This document shows positions 21,625-31,087 of a stretch of DNA of 64,000 nt, piece by piece. The stretch is taken from assembly GCA_015478665.1 (NCBI GenBank), contig JADMII010000012.1, positions 13,202 to 77,201 of the forward strand, in the 5' to 3' direction. The notes under the pieces were generated by a model. That model was not told the origin of the DNA. It was given only the letters and a program-made list of their open reading frames with translations, and ran no database searches. Each line of letters begins with the position of its first letter. The first letter of the stretch is position 1. A program made the translations under genes and the position numbers. Source of the DNA: Dehalococcoidia bacterium (GTDB taxonomy: Bacteria; Chloroflexota; Dehalococcoidia; DSTF01; JACRBR01).

Positions 21625-23385
21625 CTACCTCAGTGCCTCGATGTTGTGGGCGTCGTCGTCGACGAGCTCCTGTTCGAGCCGCTGGCGGCGCGCGAGCCGC
21701 GCGTAGGCGCCGTCGCGCGCGACGAGCTCGTCGTGCGTGCCGCGCTCGACGATGCGCCCGTCCTCGAGCACGATGATCTGGTCCGCCCACTTCACCGCCG
21801 AGACGCGGTGCGCGATGACGACGGCCGTGCGGCCGGCGATGAACTCGCGCACGCCGGAGAGAATGCGCTCTTCGGTGTAGGCGTCGACGTGCGACAGGGC
21901 ATCATCGAGCACGAGCACGGGCGCCGTGCGGGCGAGCGCGCGGGCGATCGAGGCGCGCTGCTTCTGGCCGCCGGAGAGCGAGACGCCGCGTTCGCCGACG
22001 AGCGTGTGTATGCCCTGTGGCATCTGCGGCAGGTCGTTCGACAGCTGGGCGAGTTGCACCGCCTGGTCGAGGTGCTGAAGGTCCACGTCGCCGCCCCAGG
22101 TCACGTTCTCTTCGAGCGTCGCGGAGAAGAGGAACGACTCCTGCGGCACGAAGGCGATCGCCCGGTGCAGTTGCGCGAGCGGGATGTCGCGCACGTCGTG
22201 GCCGTCGATCGCCACGCGGCCCGAGCGCACGTCATAGACGCGCGCGATCAGGTTCACCAGCGTCGTCTTGCCCGAGCCCGTCGGGCCGACGATCGCCAGC
22301 GTCGATCCGGCGGGCACGTCGATCGAGATATCGTGCAGGACGGGGCGGCTGAAGTAGCCGAAGTTCACGCGGTCGAAGGTGATGCTGCCGCGCAGCGCCT
22401 CCACCTCGCGCACGCCGGGCGCATCGACAACGACCGGCTTTCGGGCGAGCACTTCCTCGACGCGCGCCATCGATGCGGCGGCCTGCTGGTACATGTTCAG
22501 CGTCCAGCCGAGGTTGATCATCGGCACGGACAACAGCACGACGTAGCTGTTGAACTGCACGAACTGCCCGAGTGTGATGGCGCCCGTCGCTACCTCGCGC
22601 GCGCCCATCCAGAGGACGATGACCGTGCTGAGGCCGATGAGCACGGCGAGCATCGGCCAGAGCGCCATCGACAGACGCGCCCAAGCGACGTTCATGCGCT
22701 CGAACGCGACGGCCTGCTTCTCGAAGGCGGCCGCCTCGTTCTCCTCCTGGACGTAAGCCTTGACGACCCGCGCGCCGGAGAAGTTCTCTTGGACGAAGGT
22801 CGTCAAGCTGCCGAACTGCGTCTGAACCGCGTGGTAGCGCTTCTCGACCACCTGACCCACCCAGACGAAGATCAGCGTGATCAGCGGCAGCGGCAGCGCG
22901 GCGATGAGTCCGAGCTTCCAGTCGATGACGAGCATGAAGGCGAGGCCGTAGATGAACAGCAGGATCGACCGGACGAGGTCCATCAGGCCCGGGCCGAGGA
23001 TCTCGCGGACGGTCGTGACGTCGTTGGAGACGCGGGCCATGAGGTCGCCCGTCTGGCTGTCCTGGAAAAACTTCTGGTCGAGGGACTGGATGTGCGCATA
23101 CACATCGTCCCGGAGGTCGTACTCAATACGACGGGAGGAGCCGCTGACGTAGTGGCGGGTGACGAAGCGGAGGGCGCTATCGGCCGTCTGGATGGCAACC
23201 GTGAGCGCGGCGAAGAGGACCAGCTCGCGGACGGGCTTGCCCTGCCGCAGGGAGTCGACGGCGAGGCCGAGGATGTAGGGCGCGGTGATGCTGGCGCCCG
23301 CCGCCAGGGCGAGCGCAAGAAGGCCGATGGTCATCCTCAGCCGGTAGCGGAGGACGTACGGGAACAGGCGCGAGACGAAGACCAC
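21625..23385 (-). CDS. ABC exporter, fused permease/ATPase half-transporter, subunit A
   Basis: Walker A GPTGSGKTT, signature LSGGQKQRASIARAL, Walker B LVLDDALSHVD. Confidence 0.8.
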   Translation of the reverse strand: MVFVSRLFPYVLRYRLRMTIGLLALALAAGASITAPYILGLAVDSLRQGKPVRELVLFAALTVAIQTADSALRFVTRHYVSGSSRRIEYDLRDDVYAHIQSLDQKFFQDSQTGDLMARVSNDVTTVREILGPGLMDLVRSILLFIYGLAFMLVIDWKLGLIAALPLPLITLIFVWVGQVVEKRYHAVQTQFGSLTTFVQENFSGARVVKAYVQEENEAAAFEKQAVAFERMNVAWARLSMALWPMLAVLIGLSTVIVLWMGAREVATGAITLGQFVQFNSYVVLLSVPMINLGWTLNMYQQAAASMARVEEVLARKPVVVDAPGVREVEALRGSITFDRVNFGYFSRPVLHDISIDVPAGSTLAIVGPTGSGKTTLVNLIARVYDVRSGRVAIDGHDVRDIPLAQLHRAIAFVPQESFLFSATLEENVTWGGDVDLQHLDQAVQLAQLSNDLPQMPQGIHTLVGERGVSLSGGQKQRASIARALARTAPVLVLDDALSHVDAYTEERILSGVREFIAGRTAVVIAHRVSAVKWADQIIVLEDGRIVERGTHDELVARDGAYARLARRQRLEQELVDDDAHNIEALR

Positions 23386-23525
23386 AGGGACGCCTTTGCG
23401 GATGGGTTACAGGTCCTAGTGTAGGGCACGACAAACGAGTTCGGGTAGAGTAGAATCATGGTGCTTACCCGAAGCCGGGATCGTGAGGATGACTTCACGT
23501 ATCGCTTGACACAGACAGGTGTTTC

Positions 23526-23556
23526 AGCTTATTTGAATCCCACGTTGGAGTGGGAT
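23526..23556 (+). promoter_or_regulatory. Candidate sigma70-type promoter for the ABC importer operon
   Basis: TTGACA, a 17-nt spacer, then TTATTT, lying in a locally lower-GC stretch about 35 nt upstream of the RBS GAAGGGAGA for the SBP gene. Confidence 0.35.
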
Positions 23557-23586
23557 CGCACCGTTCGTTGAAGGGAGACAGCGAAG

Positions 23587-25344
23587 ATGGCCGGAAGCTA
23601 CTGGGACAAGTTCACGGCGCAACGGGTATCGCGCAGGCGCGTGCTGCAGGGTGCCGGTGTCGCCGGGGCGGCGGCCGGCGCTGTGTTGATCGTCGGCTGT
23701 GGCAGCGGCAAGAGCTCGAACAACAACGGCACGTCGACGGGTTCGACGCCGGCAGGCGGCGGCACGCCGGCCGCACCGACGGGCTTCAGGCTCCTCAACA
23801 ACAGCGGCACGCCGAAGGCCGGCGGCAGCTACAACATCGGGACCTCCGTCGACTTCGACACCTTCGACCCGCATATCTCGATCGCCGGCGGCGTCGCCTA
23901 CTTCCCGCGGCTGTACAACGCGGTCATCAACCGCTCGCCCGTGGACAACAACTTCAAGTTCGATGACTTGGCGAGCTCGCTCGAACAGCCTGACAGCACG
24001 ACCTACATCTTCACGATGCGCGACAACGTGAAGATCGGCCCCAACAAGCTGGGCGTCCCCGAGCGCAACATGGACGCCGGCGACATCAAGGCCACCTTCG
24101 ACCGCATCAAGAACCTGCCGCAGGCGAACGCCTACGCCTTCGTCGGGCCGAACATCGCCTCGGTCGACGCGTCGGCCGACGGCAAGACGACGACGATCAA
24201 GACGCCAAAGCCCTACGGCTACTTCTTCTTCCGCATCGGCAGCGCGATCAACCTCATCGTGCCGAAGGAGCTGATCCAGCAGGCCGACAAGATGAAGTCC
24301 GCTTCCGCTGGCGCCGGCCCCTACGTGCTCAACCCCGGCGACTACACCGAGGGTCAGAACGCGAAGCTGACGAAGAACCCGAGCTACTACCGCAAGGACG
24401 AGAACAACAACAACGCCTCGCTTCCCTACCTGGATCAGATGACGGTGAAGATCATCGCCGACCGCTCGGCGCTGCGCACCGCCTTCCAGTCGGGCCAGAC
24501 GGAGCAGTACACGGCGCAGGACGTCAACGACGCGAACAGCCTCCAGCAGGGCGGCCCCAACTACACCGTCAACAGGGACACGACGAACACGTTCATCGCC
24601 TTCACGATGAACCCGCTGAACGCGCCCTGGAAGGATGACCGCATCCGCAAGGCGGCGAACTTCGCGCTCAACCGCCAGGAGTACGTCGACCGCGTCTACG
24701 CCGGCCAGGCGAAGCAGAACGGGCTGGTGCACTGGTCGCTGGGCGACTACGCCCTGCCGCCGAGCGAGCTGAAGACGCTGCAGCCGTTCGACCCGCAGCA
24801 GTCGAAGCAGCTGATCCAGGCGGCGACGGGCAACAGCACGATCGACATCACGGTGATGTGGCCGGACAACTCGATCATCGAGGAGCACAACCTGCACCTG
24901 CCGATCTGGCTGTCGCAGATGCAGAACGCCGGCTTCAACATCAAGAAGGACCCGCAGGCCTTCGCGACGTGGCTGACCAACTACACGAACAAGAAGTACG
25001 ACGCGAGCCTGGCGCTGAACCAGGTGTACGAGACCGCCGAGTTCGAGATGGACTTCGAGAGCAAGGAGGGCCCGGCGGGCAGCAACATCTACTCGAACGG
25101 CCTCGGCGCCATCGACCCTGCGATCGAGAAGGCGATCATCGATTCCAAGGCGATCACCGACCCGGCGGCGCAGGCGAAGGCGGTGCAGGAGGCGCAGCGC
25201 ATGATGTACGCCAAGGGCCCGATGTTCCTGCCGCTGGTGACGCCGTACGCGTTCACGCTGTTCCAGCCGTACGTGCACAACATCCCGAGCGGGATCGGCG
25301 CCGGTTCGGCGTTGTTCCTGAACACCATCTGGCTCGCGAAGTAG
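23587..25344 (+). CDS. ABC transporter substrate-binding protein, family 5 (peptide/nickel/oligosaccharide type)
   Basis: Tat-like RRRVLQGAGVAGAAAGAVLIVGCGSG signal/lipobox, then an SBP_bac_5-like body. Confidence 0.8.
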   Translation: MAGSYWDKFTAQRVSRRRVLQGAGVAGAAAGAVLIVGCGSGKSSNNNGTSTGSTPAGGGTPAAPTGFRLLNNSGTPKAGGSYNIGTSVDFDTFDPHISIAGGVAYFPRLYNAVINRSPVDNNFKFDDLASSLEQPDSTTYIFTMRDNVKIGPNKLGVPERNMDAGDIKATFDRIKNLPQANAYAFVGPNIASVDASADGKTTTIKTPKPYGYFFFRIGSAINLIVPKELIQQADKMKSASAGAGPYVLNPGDYTEGQNAKLTKNPSYYRKDENNNNASLPYLDQMTVKIIADRSALRTAFQSGQTEQYTAQDVNDANSLQQGGPNYTVNRDTTNTFIAFTMNPLNAPWKDDRIRKAANFALNRQEYVDRVYAGQAKQNGLVHWSLGDYALPPSELKTLQPFDPQQSKQLIQAATGNSTIDITVMWPDNSIIEEHNLHLPIWLSQMQNAGFNIKKDPQAFATWLTNYTNKKYDASLALNQVYETAEFEMDFESKEGPAGSNIYSNGLGAIDPAIEKAIIDSKAITDPAAQAKAVQEAQRMMYAKGPMFLPLVTPYAFTLFQPYVHNIPSGIGAGSALFLNTIWLAK

Positions 25345-25368
25345 CGCGGGAGCGGGAAGAGGCCGGCT

Positions 25369-26361
25369 ATGCAGACGTTCATTCTGCGCCGTCTGATGGT
25401 CGGGGTGGTGATCCTGATCTTCCTCTCCCTCGCAACGTTCGTGCTGCTGCACGTCGTCCCCGGCGATCCGGCGAAGTTGCGCTGCGGCCTGTCGTGCCAA
25501 CCCGAGCAGGTCGCGGCGATCCGGCATCAGCTCGGGCTTGACAAGCCGCTCTTCCCGATCTCGTTCAGCGGAAGCCTGCCATTCATCGAATTCGGGCCGA
25601 GTCAGTATGGCGACTGGGTGAAGAGCCTGTTCAGCGGCGATCTCGGCGTGTCGCAGTACTACCAGCAGCCGGTGGCGACGGCGCTGCAGAACCGCTTCCC
25701 GGTTACCTTCGAGCTGATGGTGCTGACGCTGATCCTCACGGTACTCATCGGCGTGCCATTCGGCATCGTCTCGGCGGTCTTCCGCAACTCGGCGGTCGAC
25801 TACCTGGTGCGGACGACGGCGATCCTCGGGCTCTCCGTGCCGAACTTCTGGCTCGGCACGCTGGTGCTGATCGTGCCGGTGGCGGTGTGGGGCTACTCGC
25901 CGCCACTCGGCCGCGTCATCTCGTTCAGCGCCGACCCCATCGGCAACCTGAAGCAGTTCGGACCACCGGCGGCGGTGCTCGCGCTCGCATCGGCTGCGGG
26001 GATCATGCGGCTGGCGCGCTCGTCGCTGCTGGAAGTGATGCGCCAGGACTACATGCGTACGGCGCGGGCGAAGGGGCTCAAGGAGCGGGCAGTGGTGCTG
26101 CGCCACGGGCTGAAGAACTCGCTGATCCCCGTCGTCACGGTGCTCGGCCTCCAGGTCGCAGGCCTGCTGGGTGGCGCCATCATCATCGAGCAGATCTTCA
26201 CCCTGCCCGGCCTGGGGCAGTACGTATTCCAGGAACTCCTGTACAAGGACTTCCAGGTGGTGCAGACGATGACGGTCTACGTCGGCGCGATCGTCATCCT
26301 GATGAACCTCGCTGTCGACGTGAGCTACGCCTGGTTCGATCCGCGTATTCGGTACTCGTGA
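25369..26361 (+). CDS. ABC transporter permease (DppB/OppB-like)
   Basis: ILRRLMVGVVILIFLSLATFVLLHVVPGDPA N-terminus and an EAA-loop region. Confidence 0.8.
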   Translation: MQTFILRRLMVGVVILIFLSLATFVLLHVVPGDPAKLRCGLSCQPEQVAAIRHQLGLDKPLFPISFSGSLPFIEFGPSQYGDWVKSLFSGDLGVSQYYQQPVATALQNRFPVTFELMVLTLILTVLIGVPFGIVSAVFRNSAVDYLVRTTAILGLSVPNFWLGTLVLIVPVAVWGYSPPLGRVISFSADPIGNLKQFGPPAAVLALASAAGIMRLARSSLLEVMRQDYMRTARAKGLKERAVVLRHGLKNSLIPVVTVLGLQVAGLLGGAIIIEQIFTLPGLGQYVFQELLYKDFQVVQTMTVYVGAIVILMNLAVDVSYAWFDPRIRYS

Positions 26362-26371
26362 GGGGCTGACG

Positions 26372-27328
26372 GTGGCGAAAGACATTGCAGTTGCGAGCCC
26401 TGCCTTCGGCGCGGAGGCGTTCCCGGGAGAAGCAGGCCGCTGGTCCAGGCTGGCACGGCAGTCGTGGGTACTGATCCGGCGGAACCCGCTCGGGTTCTTC
26501 GGACTGATGATCATCCTCGCGCTCGTCGTCATCGCCCTCTTCGGGCCGCCGACGCGCGTCTTCGGCTACAGCGTCTTCGGGCCCGGCTTCGCACCCTTCG
26601 GGTTGAATGAGTACACCGCTGGCCAGCCGAACGAAGGCATGTCGCTCCGGCACTGGTTCGGCACCGACCGCATCGGCCGCGACACGCTGAGCCGCGACAT
26701 CTACGGCGCCCAGATCTCGCTGTCTGTCGCCTTCATCTCCGTGCTCGGCGGCTCGGCGCTCGGCACGATCGCCGGCATCATCTCCGGGTACGCCGGCGGC
26801 ACCGTGGACTCGTTGATCCAGCGCGCGGTGGACACGGCCATCGCCTTCCCCGCGCTGCTGCTGCTGCTGATCATCGTGCAGGTGCTCGGGCCGTCGTTCC
26901 GGACCGTGGTGTTCGCGATCATGCTGGGCATCTTCCCGGGCGTGACCCGCGTCGTGCGCGGCGCGGCGCTGGCCGAACGCAATAATCAGTACGTGGAGGC
27001 GGCGCGCGCCATCGGCGCATCGACGCCGCGTATCCTCTTCCGGCACATCCTGCCGAACGTGCTGGCGCTGGCGATCGTCATCATGACGACGCTTCTCGGC
27101 GCCGCGATCCTCGCCGAGGCGTCGCTCTCGTTCCTCGGGCTGGGCATCCCGGAGCCGGCGGCCTCCTGGGGCCGCGATGTCAGCCAAGCACGAAACAGCT
27201 TCCCGATCAACGTGTCGGCGGCGTTCTTCCCCGGCGCGGCGATTGCGCTCACCGTCTTCGGCTTCAACATGCTCGGCGATGCCATCCGCGACATCGCCGA
27301 CCCCCGGCTGCGCGGCAGCCAGAGCTAA
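26372..27328 (+). CDS. ABC transporter permease (DppC/OppC-like)
   Basis: Typical BPD_transp_1 membrane domain. Follows the first permease by 10 nt. Confidence 0.8.
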   Translation: MAKDIAVASPAFGAEAFPGEAGRWSRLARQSWVLIRRNPLGFFGLMIILALVVIALFGPPTRVFGYSVFGPGFAPFGLNEYTAGQPNEGMSLRHWFGTDRIGRDTLSRDIYGAQISLSVAFISVLGGSALGTIAGIISGYAGGTVDSLIQRAVDTAIAFPALLLLLIIVQVLGPSFRTVVFAIMLGIFPGVTRVVRGAALAERNNQYVEAARAIGASTPRILFRHILPNVLALAIVIMTTLLGAAILAEASLSFLGLGIPEPAASWGRDVSQARNSFPINVSAAFFPGAAIALTVFGFNMLGDAIRDIADPRLRGSQS

Positions 27329-27339
27329 GTCCCGCCAGC

Positions 27340-27540
27340 AACTGTCGATTGGTGCCTGGTACTCGTGACCGGTTGCTGGTGACTGGTTACCGGTTTCCGG
27401 TTACCGGGACGGCGAGGAGCACGCAGTCCCCAATCCGCGGCTCTCAGTCACCGCTCGCCAGTCACCGATCACCAGTCCCCAGCTCCCGGCACAAGTCACC
27501 TCCCCACACCGGTGACGAGGGCCCAGTCACCAGCCACCAT
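27340..27540. repeat. Intergenic cluster of GTCACC/GGTGAC(C) and GGTTACCGG motifs
   Basis: At least 8 copies of the GTCACC/GGTGAC hexamer and nested GGTTACCGG palindromes within ~200 bp, upstream of the hydrolase gene. Confidence 0.5.
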
Positions 27541-27603
27541 GCTTGATTCTCGAGCGGGGCTGCCGTAACTTGGCCGCACGCGCCCCGAGAGAAGGAGCAG
27601 GCA

Positions 27604-28521
27604 TTGTCGGCCGAGCCGGTCTCGCGCTACTACATGTCGCAGCGACTCAAGCTGCATTACGTGGTCTGGGGCGATGAGGCGAACCCGCCGCTGCTCCTCA
27701 TCCACGGCAACCGCGACCACGCCCGCACCTGGGACGACGTCGCCGTGCAGCTGCAGCGCGACTACTGCGTCTACGCCGTCGACCTGCGCGGCCACGGCGA
27801 CAGCGCCTGGGCGATCGGCGGCCAGTACAGCCTGCCGGAGTTCGTGTTGGATGTCGCCGGGCTCGTGAAGGAGCTCGACCGCAGCCCGCTCACGGTGATC
27901 GGCCACTCGCTCGGCGGCGCCGTCGCGCTGGAGTACGCCGGCGTCTTCCCGGAGACGGTGCTCAAGGTCGTGGCGATCGAGGGCCTCGGCCCGCGCGTCG
28001 CCGAGCCGACGCCGGCATCGGTGCGCATGCGACGCTGGATCAGCGAGACGCAGGCCTTCGACAAGCGCAACCCGCGCCGCTACCCGTCGATCGCCGATGC
28101 CGAGAAGCGCATGCGCGAGGAGAACCCGCACCTGAAGGACGCGATGGCGCGCCACCTGACCATCCACGGATCCCGGGAGAACGACGACGGCAGCCGCAGC
28201 TGGAAGTTCGACAACTACGTCCGGCTGCACTCGCCCTACGAGTTCAACATCGCCGAGGCGCGCGAGATCTGGAACCAGATCCGCTGCCCCGTCTTGCTGA
28301 TCCGCGGCTCCGAGAGCTGGGCTTCGGACCCGGAGGCCGATGGCAAGGCGTCGTCGTTCCACACCTACCGGACGGTGCTGGTGAAGGACGCCGGCCACTG
28401 GGTGCACCACGACCAGCTGCGCGCGTTCATGGACGTCGTCTGGCAGTTCCTCGGCGAAGACTACGAGCCGGCGACGGGCGACGCGAGCAGCGCCAGCGCA
28501 CTCCCGAGCGCCTCGGCGTAG
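27604..28521 (+). CDS. Alpha/beta-fold hydrolase
   Basis: LLLIHGNRDHARTWD and the nucleophile elbow VIGHSLGGAVA. A TTG start follows GAGAAGGAGCAGG; an ATG at 27631 is an alternative. Confidence 0.7.
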   Translation: MSAEPVSRYYMSQRLKLHYVVWGDEANPPLLLIHGNRDHARTWDDVAVQLQRDYCVYAVDLRGHGDSAWAIGGQYSLPEFVLDVAGLVKELDRSPLTVIGHSLGGAVALEYAGVFPETVLKVVAIEGLGPRVAEPTPASVRMRRWISETQAFDKRNPRRYPSIADAEKRMREENPHLKDAMARHLTIHGSRENDDGSRSWKFDNYVRLHSPYEFNIAEAREIWNQIRCPVLLIRGSESWASDPEADGKASSFHTYRTVLVKDAGHWVHHDQLRAFMDVVWQFLGEDYEPATGDASSASALPSASA

Positions 28522-29570
28522 ATCGCCGGGTCGGCGTAGTCATCGAGCGCCATCGCGATGACCGATGCGTCGTCGCCGGGCAGGCTGGCGACCGTGCGGC
28601 GGGCCGGCGCGTCGTCCCACTGCTCGCGCACGTGCATGTGCGCGCTCTCGGCGTGCACCTCGACGCCCAGCGTCGCCTCGGACGTGCGGATGCGCACCTC
28701 GCGCAGCGGCGCGGCGCCGGCATCATCGTCGCGCGCGACCGTGAGCGTGACGCCGCGCGTGCGGTCGTAGAGCGTCGCCTCGATGCGCTCGGCACTGGTA
28801 TTGAGGTCGGCGAGCGACAGCCCCAGCCGCGACACCAGCCAGCCGGCGAGGAGCAGCGCCTCGCTGCTGAGCGAGCCGCCGCCGCTGGCGATCTCGATCG
28901 ACTGGATCTGCGATAGCTGCTTCACCCCCTCGCCATCGAAGAACTGCGCGATCAGCGCGCGCCACGAGGCGAGCCGCCCCCACGCCAGGTCCGAGAGCGC
29001 CAGCTCCCACCGCTGGCCGGCGCGCAGGACACGGTCGAACGTCCCGACGCCGTCGGCCTGGCCCGCGCTGTCGAAGATCAGGCGGTCGGCCGTGTCGATG
29101 AGCTCGCCGCTCATGCGGCCGCCGAGCTCCGGCCGGTCCATCAGCCAGACGACGACCGGCAGCTCCGGCACGAGCAGCCCCAGCACGGCTGATGCAACCT
29201 CCTGCTGCTCCCCGGCGCCCCCGAAGAGGCGCACCTCCTCGGCGCAGATGTGCGCGGCGCCGGCCGCCGGCCGCCAGCACAGGACGGCGATCGCTGCCCG
29301 GAGCGTCTCCTGCTCTGGACCGGCGAGCGCGAGAATGGCGCGGCACGGATGACGCTGTGGCAACAGGCGGACAACGCGCTCGAAGCGCTCGATGTCCGCG
29401 CGCTCGTGGGCGAAGGCGACGAAGTTCAGCACGCGCAGGCGGATCGATGACGCATCCTCGCCACCGGACGTGTCGCGCCAGATGCGCCGGAACTCCGCCT
29501 CGATGGCGGGCGGGTCCACGGCGATCTCGTGGTCTTCGAGTCGCTCGATGCCGGCTACATCCGGTGCCAT
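28461..29570 (-). CDS. opcA: Glucose-6-phosphate dehydrogenase assembly protein OpcA
   Basis: OpcA-like sequence throughout, positioned directly after zwf. The ATG at 29570 overlaps the zwf stop by 16 nt. Confidence 0.65.
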   Translation of the reverse strand: MAPDVAGIERLEDHEIAVDPPAIEAEFRRIWRDTSGGEDASSIRLRVLNFVAFAHERADIERFERVVRLLPQRHPCRAILALAGPEQETLRAAIAVLCWRPAAGAAHICAEEVRLFGGAGEQQEVASAVLGLLVPELPVVVWLMDRPELGGRMSGELIDTADRLIFDSAGQADGVGTFDRVLRAGQRWELALSDLAWGRLASWRALIAQFFDGEGVKQLSQIQSIEIASGGGSLSSEALLLAGWLVSRLGLSLADLNTSAERIEATLYDRTRGVTLTVARDDDAGAAPLREVRIRTSEATLGVEVHAESAHMHVREQWDDAPARRTVASLPGDDASVIAMALDDYADPAIYAEALGSALALLASPVAGS

Positions 29571-31087
29571 TCGCGTCCGTCCTGTTCGACGAGCCGCCGC
29601 GCTTCGTCGGGGCCCCACGTGCCGGCGTCATAGAAGCGAAGCGGCGACGCGCCCTGCAGCCACGCGTCGAGCACCGGCGTCAGCAGCTCCCACGACGCCT
29701 CGACGCTGTCCCAGCGCGTGAACAGCGTCGAGTCGCCGAGCATCGCATCGAGCAGCAGGCGCTCGTACGCTTCCGGCGGCTCCACCCCGAACGACGAGCC
29801 GTAGCGGAAGTCCATGTTCACCGGACGGACGTCGGAGCGCGTGCCCGGCACCTTCGCGCCGAAGCGCAGCGAGATGCCCTCGTCCGGCTGGATGCGCAGG
29901 ACGAGCAAGTTCGCCGCCGGGTCGATGTTGTCGCCGCCCATCTCGCGGAACAGCTGAAGCGGCGGCTTCTTGAACGTGATCACCACTTCCGTCGCCCGCT
30001 TCGGCAGCCGCTTGCCGACGCGCAGATAGAACGGTACATCGGCCCAACGCCAGTTCTCGATCATCAGCTTCAGCGCAACGTACGTCTCGATCTCGGACGC
30101 AGGCGAGACGCCGTCCTCCTCGCGGTACCCGGGCACCTGCTGGCCGAGGATCGCGCCGGCCCGGTACTGCGCGCGCACCGTCGCCCGCCCGACGTCGCCG
30201 ACCGGCAGCATGGCGCGGAACACCTTCGCCTTCTCGTCGCGGACGCCGTCGCCGTGCAGCGACGCGACCGGTTCCATCGCCACGAGCGCCAGCACCTGCA
30301 TCAGGTGGTTCTGCACCATGTCGCGCAACGCGCCCGACTCCTCGTAGTAGCCGCCACGCCCCTCGACGCCTACGGTCTCCGCGACAGACACCTGGACGTC
30401 GTTGACGTAGCGCCGGTTCCAGATCGGCTCGAAGATGCCGTTGCCGAAGCGGAAGACGAGGATGTTCTGCACCGTCTCCTTCCCCAGGTAGTGGTCGATG
30501 CGGTAGATCTGGCGCTCGCGGAAGACGAGGCCCAGGCTCTGGTCCAGCTTCTTCGCGGACTCGAGGTCGCGGCCGAACGGCTTCTCCACAACGAGCCGCG
30601 CCCAGCCGCCGCTCGGGCTGCGCGAGAGGTTCGCCTCGCCGAGGTGGTGGGCGATCTCGGCGTAGGCGGTCGGCGGCGTGGCGAGGTAGAAGAGGCGGTT
30701 GCCGCCGGCGCCATGCGCGCTGTCTTCCTTCTTCAGCCGTTCGCCGAGTCGCTCGTAGCCGGGCATGTCGCCGAAGTCCGAGCTGACGTAGTGCAGCGAG
30801 CGCGCGAAGCTCTCCCAGATGTCGTCCTGCAGCGGCTCGCGCGAGAACTTCGCGACGGCGTCCTTCATCGCCGCACGAAACTGCTCGTCGCTCCAGCCGC
30901 GCCGGGCGAAGCCGACGACGGAGAAGCCGCCCGGCAGCAGCCGCTCGCGCGCGAGATTGTAGAGCGCCGGCACGAGCTTGCGCGCCGTGAGATCGCCCGT
31001 CGCACCGAAGACGACGAGCGCGCAGGCGTCTGGCGTGCGCGGAAGGCGCAGGCCGGCGCGCAGGGGGTTGAGGGTCGAGGTGGTCAC
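29555..31087 (-). CDS. zwf: Glucose-6-phosphate 1-dehydrogenase
   Basis: LVVFGATGDLTARKLVPALYNL and RIDHYLGKE are present. The GTG at 31087 overlaps the gnd TGA stop (GTGA). Confidence 0.85.
   Translation of the reverse strand: MTTSTLNPLRAGLRLPRTPDACALVVFGATGDLTARKLVPALYNLARERLLPGGFSVVGFARRGWSDEQFRAAMKDAVAKFSREPLQDDIWESFARSLHYVSSDFGDMPGYERLGERLKKEDSAHGAGGNRLFYLATPPTAYAEIAHHLGEANLSRSPSGGWARLVVEKPFGRDLESAKKLDQSLGLVFRERQIYRIDHYLGKETVQNILVFRFGNGIFEPIWNRRYVNDVQVSVAETVGVEGRGGYYEESGALRDMVQNHLMQVLALVAMEPVASLHGDGVRDEKAKVFRAMLPVGDVGRATVRAQYRAGAILGQQVPGYREEDGVSPASEIETYVALKLMIENWRWADVPFYLRVGKRLPKRATEVVITFKKPPLQLFREMGGDNIDPAANLLVLRIQPDEGISLRFGAKVPGTRSDVRPVNMDFRYGSSFGVEPPEAYERLLLDAMLGDSTLFTRWDSVEASWELLTPVLDAWLQGASPLRFYDAGTWGPDEARRLVEQDGREWHRM

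Noticed and set aside
19790-21706. 638-aa plus-strand ORF and the 5' extension of the 1725-aa minus ORF (19725-21401)
   Set aside because: Both overlap the ABC exporter gene, whose frame carries the Walker A/B and signature motifs. The big-protein frame upstream of the ATG at 19724 is Arg/Pro-rich nonsense, and a GGAG-preceded ATG marks the real start.
23524-26532. 1002-aa minus-strand ORF opposite the SBP and permease genes
   Set aside because: Antisense shadow of three ABC importer genes.
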